From positions 62,001-119,637 of the forward strand of contig NGBS01000006.1 of NCBI GenBank assembly GCA_002245135.1: a stretch of 57,637 nt of DNA. The letters run 5' to 3'. Under the pieces are notes generated by a model. It had not been told where the DNA came from. It worked only from the letters and a program-made list of their open reading frames with translations, and did not search any database. Positions within the stretch are counted from its first letter, which is position 1. Every line of letters begins with the position of its first letter. Source of the stretch: Proteromonas lacertae. Lineage: Eukaryota. Both the position numbers and the translations under genes were made by a program. This document shows, piece after piece, positions 1 through 12,639 of this stretch.

Positions 1-1083
1 AATAAATCCACAATTTGATGTTTTTTACTGTCTCTATTATCAGGTAGATATATCTTTATCATCTCAGTACAAGAATCTAGAATAATTTCAGCACACTGGT
101 ACAAAGCTATAGCAACTTCCTATTGTAAATAAAAAAAAAGAAAAATACAGTGAAAAAAGCAGTTGGATCAACTTCAATCTTAAACATCTTTTCATGAGAA
201 AGTTTCAAAAACGGTTGAGAATTACCCCATGAGGCTTGACCAAACACTTGTTGAGTAGCCAATTGAATAGAGGAAGTACAATTATAAACTAATCTCCAAG
301 CTATTGAATTGAGTGATAAATATAATGAAACTGGATTGGATGGTTCAGCTAAGGCTGTTAATGAGAAATCAGCTGCTTCACTCTCTTTTGTGGAAGTTTC
401 ACTTCGTTTTTGCATTGCGATTGATGTTAAGATTTGTAAGGCTCGATCTCTTCTAGTTAATTGGTTTTTACATCTATTTATTATTATTATTTTTATTATT
501 ATATTATTATATATACTCGTTTATTAAGATATAGGATGTTTCTATTGATTTCAATAAATCGTTAGACATGTCAAGCATATCATTAAATGTTTGATTTATT
601 GTATCAGAAGCTATATAAATAAAATAATAATAATAAATATATATACAGGAAAGATGATTTTTCAAACTAATCAATTTATTCTTCATTGATTTCATTTTAT
701 CATTCACTTTTGTACAACTAGTATTGACCAATTCAATAGCTTTCATTTTGCCATTCTCTTCATCACATGCAATATTTAATTCAACTGTCAAATCAGCCCA
801 TTGTCTGGATCGACACATATCCACATATTCCTCAGTCAACATATCTATAATAATCAATCAATATAAAAGTAACTATACTTAATCTTGAATCACCATACAT
901 AATATCTCTTAATTGTTCAATATCATCTGTTTTGACTAATATAATCTCAAAGTAACCTTGAACATCATTCAATAAGGACATTAACTGCAATGTTTTCGAA
1001 TGATAAATAATGAGGGATATTACTAATCGAATAAAGACAAGATATCCTTCAGAAAATAATAAATCCCAAACATAATATAATGT

Positions 1084-1120
<37 letters not shown>

Positions 1121-2733
1121 CATCCATTGGTAAACCTACAAAAGCACCAGCAAACCATTTCATTAAGATTGGTTTAATATCAAATTTAATATTTAATAAT
1201 GAACTATAAATATCTGGTATTGATTCAGCAATTATTGTTTCTATTGTGTAACATTCTAAGTGAAATAATATTTCATATTGATCGAGATATCTTTTCATCC
1301 ATAATGGTAATACAGTATGAATAAGACTATCAAATAACTAATATGATTAAATAATTACTACTACAATAATAATATATACCCAATAAGATTCATCATCGGA
1401 TAATGTATGGACGAAGTATAATAATATTGATATCATTTCAGCATTTGGCTTGACTAATGGGTAAATGTCAATTAAGGAATAAAATATTATTATAAATTAT
1501 ATATAGTTAAATGATATATGATTTTCACAGTATGACTGAAATATCAAGGCAGTTCTCTCTTGATGTTCAGAAGTAACTGGTATTGAGTAATCTTCAACAC
1601 ATTGTTTGATTAAATTACATAATTTGGGTTGAATTATTTCTTTATCACAATATGATGGTTTATCAAGAGGATGATTGTGTAATTTGTAAGTGTTTGAATA
1701 ACCGAGCCAAACCTATTTTTACATAAAAATGAAAAAAATACTTCATTTCTGAGGTTATAGGGAATACCCATTCTTATTGATTGTCTTGTAAAATTGTTTC
1801 TACAATAGCTCTGATCTTCCAATGTCTTTATTAATGGAGTTAACCAAGATATTGATGTACATGAGAGTAGAATGTTATTTGACTTAATATTTCCTGACGA
1901 AATAAATTGTAATAAAGATTCCCATATTTGTGGTAAGTTTGCATCTTCACTAGTTGATACACTGAATAATAGGGTTTTCTCAGGAATTGTTATTGAAATT
2001 TGTGAGGCATGAGGATCAGATTTGTCCATAGTAACTATATTCAATGATATTGTAATATCTTGAGGTTTGACTCGAGTAAAATTATATACTTCACATAATT
2101 CATTCAAGCTATATATATTATATATGAGATATGGAATATATATGTAATACTCTGTATTTTGAAATCTCATTAAATGTCCTGAGGAAGTTAAAACTAAGAA
2201 TTGACTTGCCCATTTAAACAAATTAGCTTTCTTGTATATTACTGATGAAAATATTACTATATATGATATATATATACACTATTTATATTTGATACTATAA
2301 GTAGTTGGTGCTAACTGTTTTAAGTTTTGTTTAACTATTTCAATATCTGTTGGTGAAAAAACAAATAAACAACTTTTTGTTTGTGAAAGTACTGCTACTC
2401 TTACACCTGAATCAAGTTCAGGATTGTTGCATGGATTTCTTTGTATCGTTATTTCTTCAAATGTAACAAAAGCATCAATTAGACTCTTTTCAATTGTACC
2501 TTTACACATTTGTTGATTTTCATCATCAAAGTCAAGTATTCCCATACTTGAAATACGAAAATATCTCTAGATGAGTTAATAAAGGATAAATACTTTCTTT
2601 AAACTTGCCACACTCTCTACTGCTTTGTATCCCCATCTATTATGATTGTTATTGTGTAATATTATACCCACACCATAAAAACTCACCATTATCAATATCT
2701 AATGAATATTATTATGATTATACCTTTTGACAT
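1..2733 (-). CDS. PH-domain + TBC (Rab-GAP) protein, multi-exon, 3' end runs off the window
   Basis: ORFs 2279-2545 and 1634-2221 look PH-like (RYFRISSMG, FKWASQFLVLTSSGHLMRF). TBC motifs: RQSIRMGIPYNLRNE, KWFAGAFVGLP and, after an intron, VWDLFISEG. Probable ATG at 2733 followed by a short GTAT..TAG intron. Confidence 0.75.
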
Positions 2734-3507
2734 TGTTAATATTATCTAATTATTGACTTTATATCTCCACAAAGTTGATACAGAATGAGAAATATAGAAG
2801 ATTTAAAATATAAAATTGGTGTAGTGAAAATTTTTACACCCCGCTTTCAAAAGTTGATGAAGCGAATGTTTTTGTTAAACAAATAAAAATTATGTGTGGT
2901 GATTATAATGCAGAATCACAGTTTAGAAGTTAATTTTTTAAATAATTGGTAATAATTGTGTATAATATTCGTTAAACTAACATTAATCATAAAATGTTGT
3001 TAACTAAATTACATATATAGCAGATTAATAAAAAGTATATTTTTATGTAGGTTTTTAATCGTTACAAAATAGTTGGTTTGAAAAAGTTTGAACATATTTT
3101 TTGTCATTTCAAAAATAATTTAAACTAATTAATATGTAACATAATAGATGTGATTTAATCTTATGGCTTCGGCTAAAAGTTATTACCCTAGTTGCTGATT
3201 TGAACAACATACAAAATTAGTGAAGTTAAAGTGTGTGTATTAAATTAACATGATAGTTTGTTAGTCCATTATATAGAAATAGCTAAGATTTTCATCATTA
3301 ATTTATAAGGCGCTCAAAATTTTGTATAATTTCCAAATAAAACCAGTGTTTATGATTTGCCTTGTTATGCATAGATAGATAAATTATTTATATAGACATT
3401 CGAAATTTACATACAAAAATATGAAACGAATAAAAATTTATTTTAACCAATAAAAACGCTCTTTTTATATGTAAATCTGGCATTTCTGACATTATATATG
3501 CTAGCTG

Positions 3508-5529
3508 ATGGATAAAACACAGAAAAATGAAATAGATGGAAAAGGACAGCTTGATAGCTTACATATGTACAATGAAGACACTGTGGCTGCAGGTGGCAAT
3601 AAATCCATATCAGCACCGGAAAACAGATATATTACACTCAGAAGAAGCATTCAGTCGTCTCAACAACCTCAACAACTATCTCATGATTTCTCTAAAGCTA
3701 CCGAGATTACCCATCTAAACGCTTATTCATCTTGTAATCCACAATATAATGCTTATATGTCTTCTGATGCATCCATTCAAACATCTAATTTACCTACTTC
3801 TGCAGTTACATCCAATACAAGCTCTCCGCAGTCTTACTCTTATGACTATCATCAGAATGTGTATAATCCATCAGATATATATCATCAAAACTGTCAGTGC
3901 AATCGACTTCTATTACAACAGAATGACCAACCATGTAATACAAATCCTTTATCGTCACAACAACAACCTTCACAATATAACTATCCTCAGCAAGTATCTT
4001 CTTTAATAAGCTCACATCCACAACAATCTCCTCCAGTTATTCAAACTCCACTTTATACATCTTTTCCACCATTTGGAAAAGATAAAGTGTACAAAGAGTT
4101 TTATCTTAATCATGCTTCTCTCTCTTCTTCGCCTTCTCCTACTCCAGCTATTCCATGTAAAGAAGAAAAATCTCACAAAATACACCATCATCATCATAGA
4201 GATGAAGATACATCAACAAATAACACTAAATCTGATGATGAGAGTGAAGATTGCGAAACAAGCACAGATAAAGAAGTTGATAATGATGTTGAAAATCAAC
4301 CTCACAATGAATTGCTTAATTCAAATAACAAATCAAATAATGAATATGATTTATTGACTCAAATCAGTGAAAAGAGCAATCATTCTTCATATGTTATACA
4401 AATTGATGGAATAAACGAAGAAGTTAATGAAAATTTAATAAGTGATATATTTAGTATTGTTGGTAATCTTAAATCTACAAAAATAGTGGAAGATTTAAAC
4501 AAGTATGCAATAGTTGAATATTATACAGAAGAGTCTGCAATAAGAGCTATAAAGAAATTTAATGGTACAAAACTAAAAGGATCAAAAATGACAGTATCTT
4601 GGAGTAATATAGTTTTTAAAGTTAATAAAATTGTATTATATAATTTGCCATACAATATAGAAAAAGAAAAGATTTTAAACATATGTAGTGTAATAGGTGA
4701 ATTAGAGTCAATCGAAATAGAACGTGAAGAAGGCAGAAGTAGATGTGCATTAGTTTTTGAAGAAGAAGAATCAATTAAAACCGCTTTAGATTTATTCCAA
4801 GATAGTATTATTGATGGTTTACAAGTTGAGGTGATTGAAGATAGGTATAATATAATCATATTGCACACAGATTATAAAGTAAATAGTAATGGAAATGGAC
4901 CAATATCATCTTCATCTTATCTTAGACAAGTTGTGGTTGAAGAGCTACCACCAAGTCCAGCATCTAATTTGGATAAAACAAAAGAAACAATCAATATAAT
5001 TAAATCAGCACCTACTCCTCTTCAACAATATAATATTAATAGCAATCCGATATATGAAATTGAAAGACCTTTAATTATTAATAATTTTACTTGCGATGAA
5101 GTGAAGAACATATTCGATGGTTATGAAATAAAGTCGATGATTGCAATAAATGAAACATCATATGAAGTTAACTTATCTAATGAAGAAATGACAAACACAG
5201 CAATGAAAGAATTGGCTGGAAAAGAATATAATCATAAAATAATTGCATTAGAATGGGGTAATGAAAAGAGAGTAAAGAAACAATTAAACACTGTGTTTGT
5301 AGGCTGTCTATCTGAAGCTGTTAGTGAAGATGATATCAGGGATGAGTTTTCCAAAATTGGCGAAATACATTCAGTGAAAGTCTTTCGCCAAAAAGTTAAA
5401 GGAAACTCCCCTGATTATGCATATGTTAATTTCGTAAATCCTGAAGATATTAAGACTGCTGTAGAAACATTAAATGGTATCAATATAAAAGGAAGGTTTA
5501 TTACTGTTCAATATCCCAAAAAGAAATAA
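3508..5529 (+). CDS. Multi-RRM RNA-binding protein (about 4 RRMs) with Q/S/P-rich low-complexity N-terminus, intronless
   Basis: RNP motifs IQIDGI..YAIVEY, IVLYNLP and VFVGCL..YAYVNF; single 673-aa ORF. Confidence 0.85.
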   Translation: MDKTQKNEIDGKGQLDSLHMYNEDTVAAGGNKSISAPENRYITLRRSIQSSQQPQQLSHDFSKATEITHLNAYSSCNPQYNAYMSSDASIQTSNLPTSAVTSNTSSPQSYSYDYHQNVYNPSDIYHQNCQCNRLLLQQNDQPCNTNPLSSQQQPSQYNYPQQVSSLISSHPQQSPPVIQTPLYTSFPPFGKDKVYKEFYLNHASLSSSPSPTPAIPCKEEKSHKIHHHHHRDEDTSTNNTKSDDESEDCETSTDKEVDNDVENQPHNELLNSNNKSNNEYDLLTQISEKSNHSSYVIQIDGINEEVNENLISDIFSIVGNLKSTKIVEDLNKYAIVEYYTEESAIRAIKKFNGTKLKGSKMTVSWSNIVFKVNKIVLYNLPYNIEKEKILNICSVIGELESIEIEREEGRSRCALVFEEEESIKTALDLFQDSIIDGLQVEVIEDRYNIIILHTDYKVNSNGNGPISSSSYLRQVVVEELPPSPASNLDKTKETINIIKSAPTPLQQYNINSNPIYEIERPLIINNFTCDEVKNIFDGYEIKSMIAINETSYEVNLSNEEMTNTAMKELAGKEYNHKIIALEWGNEKRVKKQLNTVFVGCLSEAVSEDDIRDEFSKIGEIHSVKVFRQKVKGNSPDYAYVNFVNPEDIKTAVETLNGINIKGRFITVQYPKKK

Positions 5530-5640
5530 AACAAAGAATATTATGTAAATAAATAGGATAAGCAATAATGTAAATTCTACTAGAAAGATATATAATCTAC
5601 AAACATACATTGATCAATATAAATATTTGTAGAATATTAA

Positions 5641-7041
5641 TTATTCTTTTGGATCTATAATTATAACAACTTTATTGGAATGATTCAATAGATCATTTAC
5701 ATATTCTTTTTCTTTATAATTCAATCCTTGATTTGATAAATCTAATCTATATTCATCTGGCTTAATACTATACATCAATAAATCTAAATACTTCAATGTG
5801 TTTGGAAATCTAAAACTCAAAAAATAATCAATTTTCAATCTCTTTAAATTAGTTAATAAGGGTAATTTCCCACACAAAATTGTCATTAATTCTTCATTTC
5901 TAAATATATCATTTTTTTCCAAATCTAAGTATGTAATACATTTAAATAGATGAATATGAGTAATAAAATCAACTATATAACCTTTGTTTAAAAGTCTAAT
6001 ACACATTCCAAACTGTTTATAAACACTCATTGATAATTCTTTATAGTAATTATTATTCAATTCATCATAACAATAACACTTTAAACTATCCCATTCTTTT
6101 GAGTGTAAAATTGAATTAATTAACACATAGATGTATAGCAACTCTTTATTATTTTCATTACATTCTTTTATTAACTTATAAATAAAAAATTCATTACTAC
6201 TGATTAAATTATACTCATTTGCACAAATTTCATAATTTACTGTATTTGTAATATACAACTTACATTTATTCCAATCCACAAACAAAGAGTTGTAATCATA
6301 CACATTTTCCACCTCATTTATATTCTTTAATTCTTCATACACTTCTTTTATAGATATTCTATTCTGCGGCTTTATTCTCAACATTAATTTCAATAAATAT
6401 TCATATTTACTTAACAATGAATCTTCATCATCTGATTCAAGTTTTATATGTAATAATTTGGACTTTAGTTCTTCAATTTTTGTTCCTTCTAATAATTGTT
6501 TCTTAGTAATAATGTAGTATATAATACAACCAAAACTCCATATATCACTCTCATAGGATACTTCTCTATCCAACAATTGTTCTGGTGAAAAGTATTGAAC
6601 TGAAGAGAATGGGATATCTTTTGAATATCTTATTGAATTAATATTATAATCAGATATAAATATTTCATTGAAAGATGATATTAGTATATTGGATGGTTTT
6701 AAATTAAGATGAGGTATGTTTATTGAATGAAGATGATTTAACACTTCATTTATAGTTATTAAAAGAGTATTTACTTCTTCTATAGTGCTATATTTCAACA
6801 TTGTCAAGTTAGTTTCCAACTGATCTGTCTGTATTCGTATGAAATTGGCTTTAATATTGAAATTATTCATAATTAAAATGTTCTGGAGTTTTAGCTTTGA
6901 TATAATTAAATTACCGTTTAAATAGGATTTTAACAAGTTATGTGATATATTTGATACATTTATAGTCTTAACATGAACAGATGAATATTTAAACGAAGGA
7001 GGCGGCTTTGGAATAAAATGATTTTCTTCTTGATTTTTCAT
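5641..7041 (-). CDS. Protein-kinase-fold protein (probable pseudokinase) with LRR-like C-terminus, intronless
   Basis: HLNLKPSNILI (HRD replaced by HLN), ISDYN (DFG replaced), YFSPEQ, SDIWSFGCI; LRR-like ITYLDLEKN and LTNLKRLKI. Confidence 0.8.
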   Translation of the reverse strand: MKNQEENHFIPKPPPSFKYSSVHVKTINVSNISHNLLKSYLNGNLIISKLKLQNILIMNNFNIKANFIRIQTDQLETNLTMLKYSTIEEVNTLLITINEVLNHLHSINIPHLNLKPSNILISSFNEIFISDYNINSIRYSKDIPFSSVQYFSPEQLLDREVSYESDIWSFGCIIYYIITKKQLLEGTKIEELKSKLLHIKLESDDEDSLLSKYEYLLKLMLRIKPQNRISIKEVYEELKNINEVENVYDYNSLFVDWNKCKLYITNTVNYEICANEYNLISSNEFFIYKLIKECNENNKELLYIYVLINSILHSKEWDSLKCYCYDELNNNYYKELSMSVYKQFGMCIRLLNKGYIVDFITHIHLFKCITYLDLEKNDIFRNEELMTILCGKLPLLTNLKRLKIDYFLSFRFPNTLKYLDLLMYSIKPDEYRLDLSNQGLNYKEKEYVNDLLNHSNKVVIIIDPKE

Positions 7042-7920
7042 AAATTACAGCAAAACATACATTAATCTTCTATATAGCCTAATATTTAAAAAAGAATAAA
7101 AATAACTGATACAAAAATACACAATTAATACAGTGTATTAATCAAATTGTATTTTATTTCACAAGGTAGTTTTTTTCAAAGCATAATAATATGTTAAGTA
7201 TACAGTATTTATATTATACTTATGAAATATACTAAGTTCATATTTATAATCATAGATATTATTGTGATTACTTATTAGAGTAGTATATAACACTCTTCAA
7301 ATCTAATAAAAAAGTCGAGTATAGTCAATGGAGATATTTCATGGCTAAAGTACGAAAGAAAATGAAATTCACCAAAGCGAAGGTAAAAATTATCAGTCAT
7401 ATTAAATTTATATTATAAAGATATTATGTGTGAATTTTGCATAAAAAGAGAATGATTGGCTATTCACTTTGAATCAGCAATACTTACACTTTATTTACAT
7501 TATTAAATAAATATACTACTGTAGTAACAGTTTATTAACTGTTTTAATACCCAAAAATCTTATAACGAAATTTTGTGTCTTTTGATGAAATAACCATAAA
7601 TATATCACAATAAATATGAGTAACAGCAAATATAACACTAGACAACATTCAGTAATGATTTTGTTACTCAAACAAAGATAACTGTCTTAATCAGCTTTAG
7701 GACATTTTTCATCAGCTTATACAAGTGTGCACCATGTGTTACTTGATCACTACTACATATACAGAATTAAAACCAAAAGATAAAGCCGTTGGTAATAAAT
7801 AATTAATAAGGTCATTGATAATCAAGTCATTCTTCGTATTACTGAACAGAAGGCGCGATTATTCATCTCAAGTTATTTTCTGAAGTTTTTATTTATTTTT
7901 CTATTGAATAATTGCATAGT

Positions 7921-10900
7921 ATGAGCTATCCTTCCCGTGTTAATTTGGGAGAAAATCAATACAATTATACTGGTACAGAACAAAATGCATTTTTGAACAT
8001 CCCTCAAAGTCAACCACACACAAACACGCCTTCAACTATCCGTATATGACAATTTTATATTTTTTTAGAATCTTCTACTCCTTTAGTTAGCAATAATTCT
8101 ACAATACCTAGTCAAACATCTAATATTATGTTACAGAATAATTACTATGGAGAGGTAAAAAAAGACAGATTTAATATGAATGCATATAATCCTAGTCAAG
8201 TGAATAATGTTGTAAATAGTGTAACAAATTCATCAGTACAATATAATTCAATGGTAAAAGACGAAAATATGTACAAAAATACAGCAAATATCATGTCTTC
8301 TACTAATAGAATTCAAAATCCAACATTTAATACCACTTCTCAACCATACATGCCACAACAACAAATACCACCACCACAACAGCAACCATCACTACCTTCT
8401 CAATCACATATGCTTACTACCCAACCACAACAACAACTACAGATTAATAATTATCATCAACAATCACAACATCAACCACAGATACAACAACAACAACAAC
8501 AGTTACAGCAGCAACAACAGACACTTCGATTAATTGATGATAAAGTTCCATCTTATTATTACGAAATAGATATAGAAAAAGGTACTTACGGTTTAGGAAT
8601 GAATGTTGAAGAAAGTCAATTAGGTGTGACAGTGAAAGGATTTTTGAATAACCCAGACGGCTCGATGGGTCAAGCTCAACGTACTGGTAAAATATTAGCT
8701 GGTGATATTTTAATGGAAATAAACCATCGTAGTTTATACAAAGTAATATTTAGTGAAGTAATCAATTTACTTAAGAATAGTGGTAATATTTTACATTTGA
8801 AATTTAGGCGTATTAATTATGACCAATTAAAACCAACACATCGTGACGTCAGAGGTAATTTCAGTTATACACAAACTGAGCAATTAAGAAATCAGATTAT
8901 AGCACATCGATTCTTCAGTGATGGACATGTTCCTAATTCATTAGTATTATCATTAGCTTATGGTGAAATATCTAGAAATGGAAGAACTACACTTCCTGAA
9001 CCAATACCAAACGTATTAAATTATATATATTTATTTATTTATATTTATGAAATAGACAAATCGAAAAAAAAGTGGTCGAAAAAAGAAACCTCAAAATGAT
9101 GATGAAGATTACGTTGATTATATACCAAAAACCAATACTGAACCAATACGTCATAGTTTAAGAGAAGTAAGCCGAAAGAGTTATAAAGAAGATGATATTG
9201 ATGATGAAAATGATAAAGATAATAGTGACAAAGAATCAACCAGTACATCCAAGAGTAAAGATGAAAAGAATGAGAACATATGGGATATTGATAAGATATT
9301 AGGAATTAGATATTATTTAGGTAAAGATACTACAGATGAAGTGTTGGAATTATTGATTAAATGGAAAGGAAAAAGTTATACACATGTACAGTGGGTTAGT
9401 AAAGAAATATTAGATGAAATGGGATTAGGAAAATCTAAAAAATTAATCCGTTACTTAAATCAACATTTAGCAACTGCAGAACATATAAAGTTTGGTGAAG
9501 ATAAAGTATATGATGATTATTTCCCAGCTACTTATACAGAAATTGAGAGAATATTAGCAGTAAGAGAAGTGCCAGTAGAAGTAGCGAATAGTAGAAGAGA
9601 TATAAAGAGTGGATTATTAAAGAACAGAATGAATGAAGAATATATTCAAAGTTTAGTTAGAAATTCACAAACCAATCTAAATAATACACCAAATACACCA
9701 AATACATCAAATACACCTAATACACCAAATACATCAAATACAAAAAAAAAAAAAAAAAAAAACATAATACACAAAACAAATACATCAAAATACAACAACA
9801 ACTCCACAACCAATGTTTCAATTAAGTGGAAAAATGATAAGACAATTCCTTGTAAAATGGAATGGTTTATCTTTTAAAGAAATCACTTGGGAAAATGAAA
9901 ATGAGATTGAAGATCCACAAATGATTACTCAATATTATCAATTCAACTATCCTCCACCAATAAAGAGTTTACATTTAATCAATTTCAAAGATGAAAGACC
10001 ACCTCCTCAATCTTGGAAACAATATGGTAAAACTCCAGAATATTTAAAGAAAGGAAATGAATTAAGAGGTTATCAGCTAGAAGGATTGAATTGGCTTGTA
10101 TTCAGTTGGTATAACCGCCGTAATTGTATTTTAGCAGATGAGATGGGTTTAGGTAAAACTGTTCAAACCATCTCTTTATTAGCTCATTTACACTATTGTG
10201 AACATTTACGAGGTCCATTTTTAATCTTAGCTCCTTTGAGTACATTACAACACTGGAAGCGAGAAGTAGAAAACTGGAGTGATATGAATGTAGTAGTATA
10301 TCATGATGCTGAAGGTGGAAATCAAATTCGAAGTGATATTCGAAAATATTTATTCTATTATGAATCAGCGATGTTACAACAATATAATATCTATAAATTC
10401 AATGTGTTGGTAACATCTTATCATATCTTAATTCAAGATTTCGAAGTATTAAATCAAATTCGTTGGCGTTATGTAGTGATTGATGAAGCTCAACGAATCA
10501 AAAATCGAGATACCAAATTTATCCAATATTTGCGAGATTTGCGAAGTGATAGTCGATTATTATTAACAGGAACTCCAATTCAAAACGATGTGAATGAATT
10601 ATGGAGTTTATTGAATTTTATTGAACCAAAAGTATTTGAAAATGAAGAAGATTTTATGAGTAAATTTGGAAATTTACATGACAGTGATCAAGTATCTAAA
10701 CTACAAAGTGTATTAAATCAATATATGTTGAGACGAGTAAAAGAGAATGTAGAAAAATCAATTCCTCCAAAAGAAGAGATAATAATCGATATAGAATTAA
10801 CAAGTCCTCAAAAGAAATATTATCGAGCGATATTTGATCGAAATCGTGAATTTCTGAGTAGTCCAAATGGAGCCACAATGGGTCAATTAATCAATATGGA

Positions 10901-12488
10901 AGTGGAATTACGTAAAGTATGTAATCATCCATTTTTGGTTCGAGGAGTTGAAGAAACTGAGACAGGAAATATCGAAAGTGTTTATTATGATAAACTAATC
11001 AGTTATAGTGGTAAGATGTTATTATTACATAAACTATTACCAAAATTACATAGTGAGAAACATAAATTATTGATTTTTACTCAATTCACTCATATGTTAG
11101 ATTTATTAGGAGTATTAATAAGTTATTTAGGTTATAAATATGAGAGATTAGATGGTTCAATTCGAGGTAATACTCGTCAACAAGCAATTGATCACTTTAA
11201 CAGTAGTGAAGATTGTTTTATTTTTATATTATCAACTCGAGCAGGTGGTGTAGGAATCAATTTAACAGCTGCTGATACAGTGATAATCTATGATAGTGAT
11301 TGGAATCCTCAAAATGATATTCAAGCTCAAGCTCGATGTCATCGAATTGGTCAAACGAAGAGTGTTCGAGTTTATCGTTTAATAACTCAGAAGACATATG
11401 AAGCTGAAATGTTTAGTCGAGCTTCAAAGAAATTGGGATTACATCAAGCTGTATTTGATAGTGGTGGAATTCAAGAATCCTTTGGTCGAAATGTAAATGA
11501 ATTGAATGAAGGTGAAAAGATGAATACTTTAATGGAAATGGATCGAAGTAAAATCGATATGTTATTGAGATATGGTGCTTATGCGATAATGGATGATGAT
11601 AAAGAAACTCCCGTAACTTATAGTGAAGAAGATATAGATCGAATCTTATCGAGTAGTCGAGTATTGAGATATGATGAAGAAAATGGAAATAATAGTAATG
11701 TAAATGGTGATAGAAATAATGGAAATATATTATCATTGAGTAAAGCTACTTTTAAAATCAAAAGTGAAGATGGAGATGAAGATATCGATTTTAAAGATCC
11801 TCAATTTTGGGAGAAAGTATTAGGTCCTCGAGTAGTAACGAAACTACAACATAAAATGAAAGATAATTATCTGAATAAAGCGAGTGATGAAGAAATAGAT
11901 GAATTTATGAATGAATTAGGTGATTTAGTAAATCAAGTGATAGAAAGTCGATTAGATGGTAAAATTCATGATGATACTCATGAAGTAGTGAATTTATTAA
12001 TAGCTGTTCGAGAATGTGGTCGAAAAAACTTGCGAAGTCAAGCTGATGATTGGATAGAAGAATTAGAGAAACGTCGTCATCGTCGAAAAGTTGATCATCA
12101 ATATACTGAATATGATAATGAATCAAATGATGAAGATGTTGATGATGATCCCAAACCTCGAAAACGTCATAAGAATGAAAATATGAAAGATAATAATAAT
12201 CACAATCATTCTAATAATAATAATAATAAGAGACGAAATGAGAAAAGTGCAAAGAATGTGAATGTATGGAATAATAAACATGTGAGTGGAATAAAAATTC
12301 GAATGAAAGATATAAGTGAGAATGAAATAGTTTTATATAAAATAGTAGAAATTTCGCCAAAGAATGTATTAAATAATGTGTACGATAAAAGTGATCATAG
12401 TTTGCGAAGTCGTCGAAATCGTCGAAAATATGGTTTAGATGATTTAGAGTTAGAATATGATGATAAAGATGATGAAGACTATAAATGA
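7921..12488 (+). CDS. CHD-family (CHD6-9-like) SNF2 chromatin remodeller with N-terminal PDZ and QLQ domains and two chromodomains; apparent frameshift near 9750
   Basis: ATG 7921, introns at ~8042-8068 and ~9012-9055. PDZ (GLGMNV..GDILMEINH), QLQ (FSYTQTEQLRNQIIAHRFF), chromo (LLIKWKGKSYTHVQW; FLVKWNGLSFKEITWE), helicase motifs ILADEMGLGKT, DEAQ, LTGTPIQN, QAQARCHRIGQ. Confidence 0.9.
9683..9762 (+). repeat. 9-nt coding tandem repeat AATACA(C/T)CA (NTP/NTS) ending in an A21 run
   Basis: Directly visible; the CHD reading frame changes within or just after it. Confidence 0.85.
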
Positions 12489-12639
12489 TTAAGATAATAA
12501 TACTTTGTTGTTTATTCATATTGTATTATTGATGATGAGTAAATATAAACAAAATAAAATAAAAATGTAAAAATGAATGTAATTGACTTGTGACATGTCA
12601 AGTCATCTCAACATAATTAAAAAATAAAAACAAATCAAA

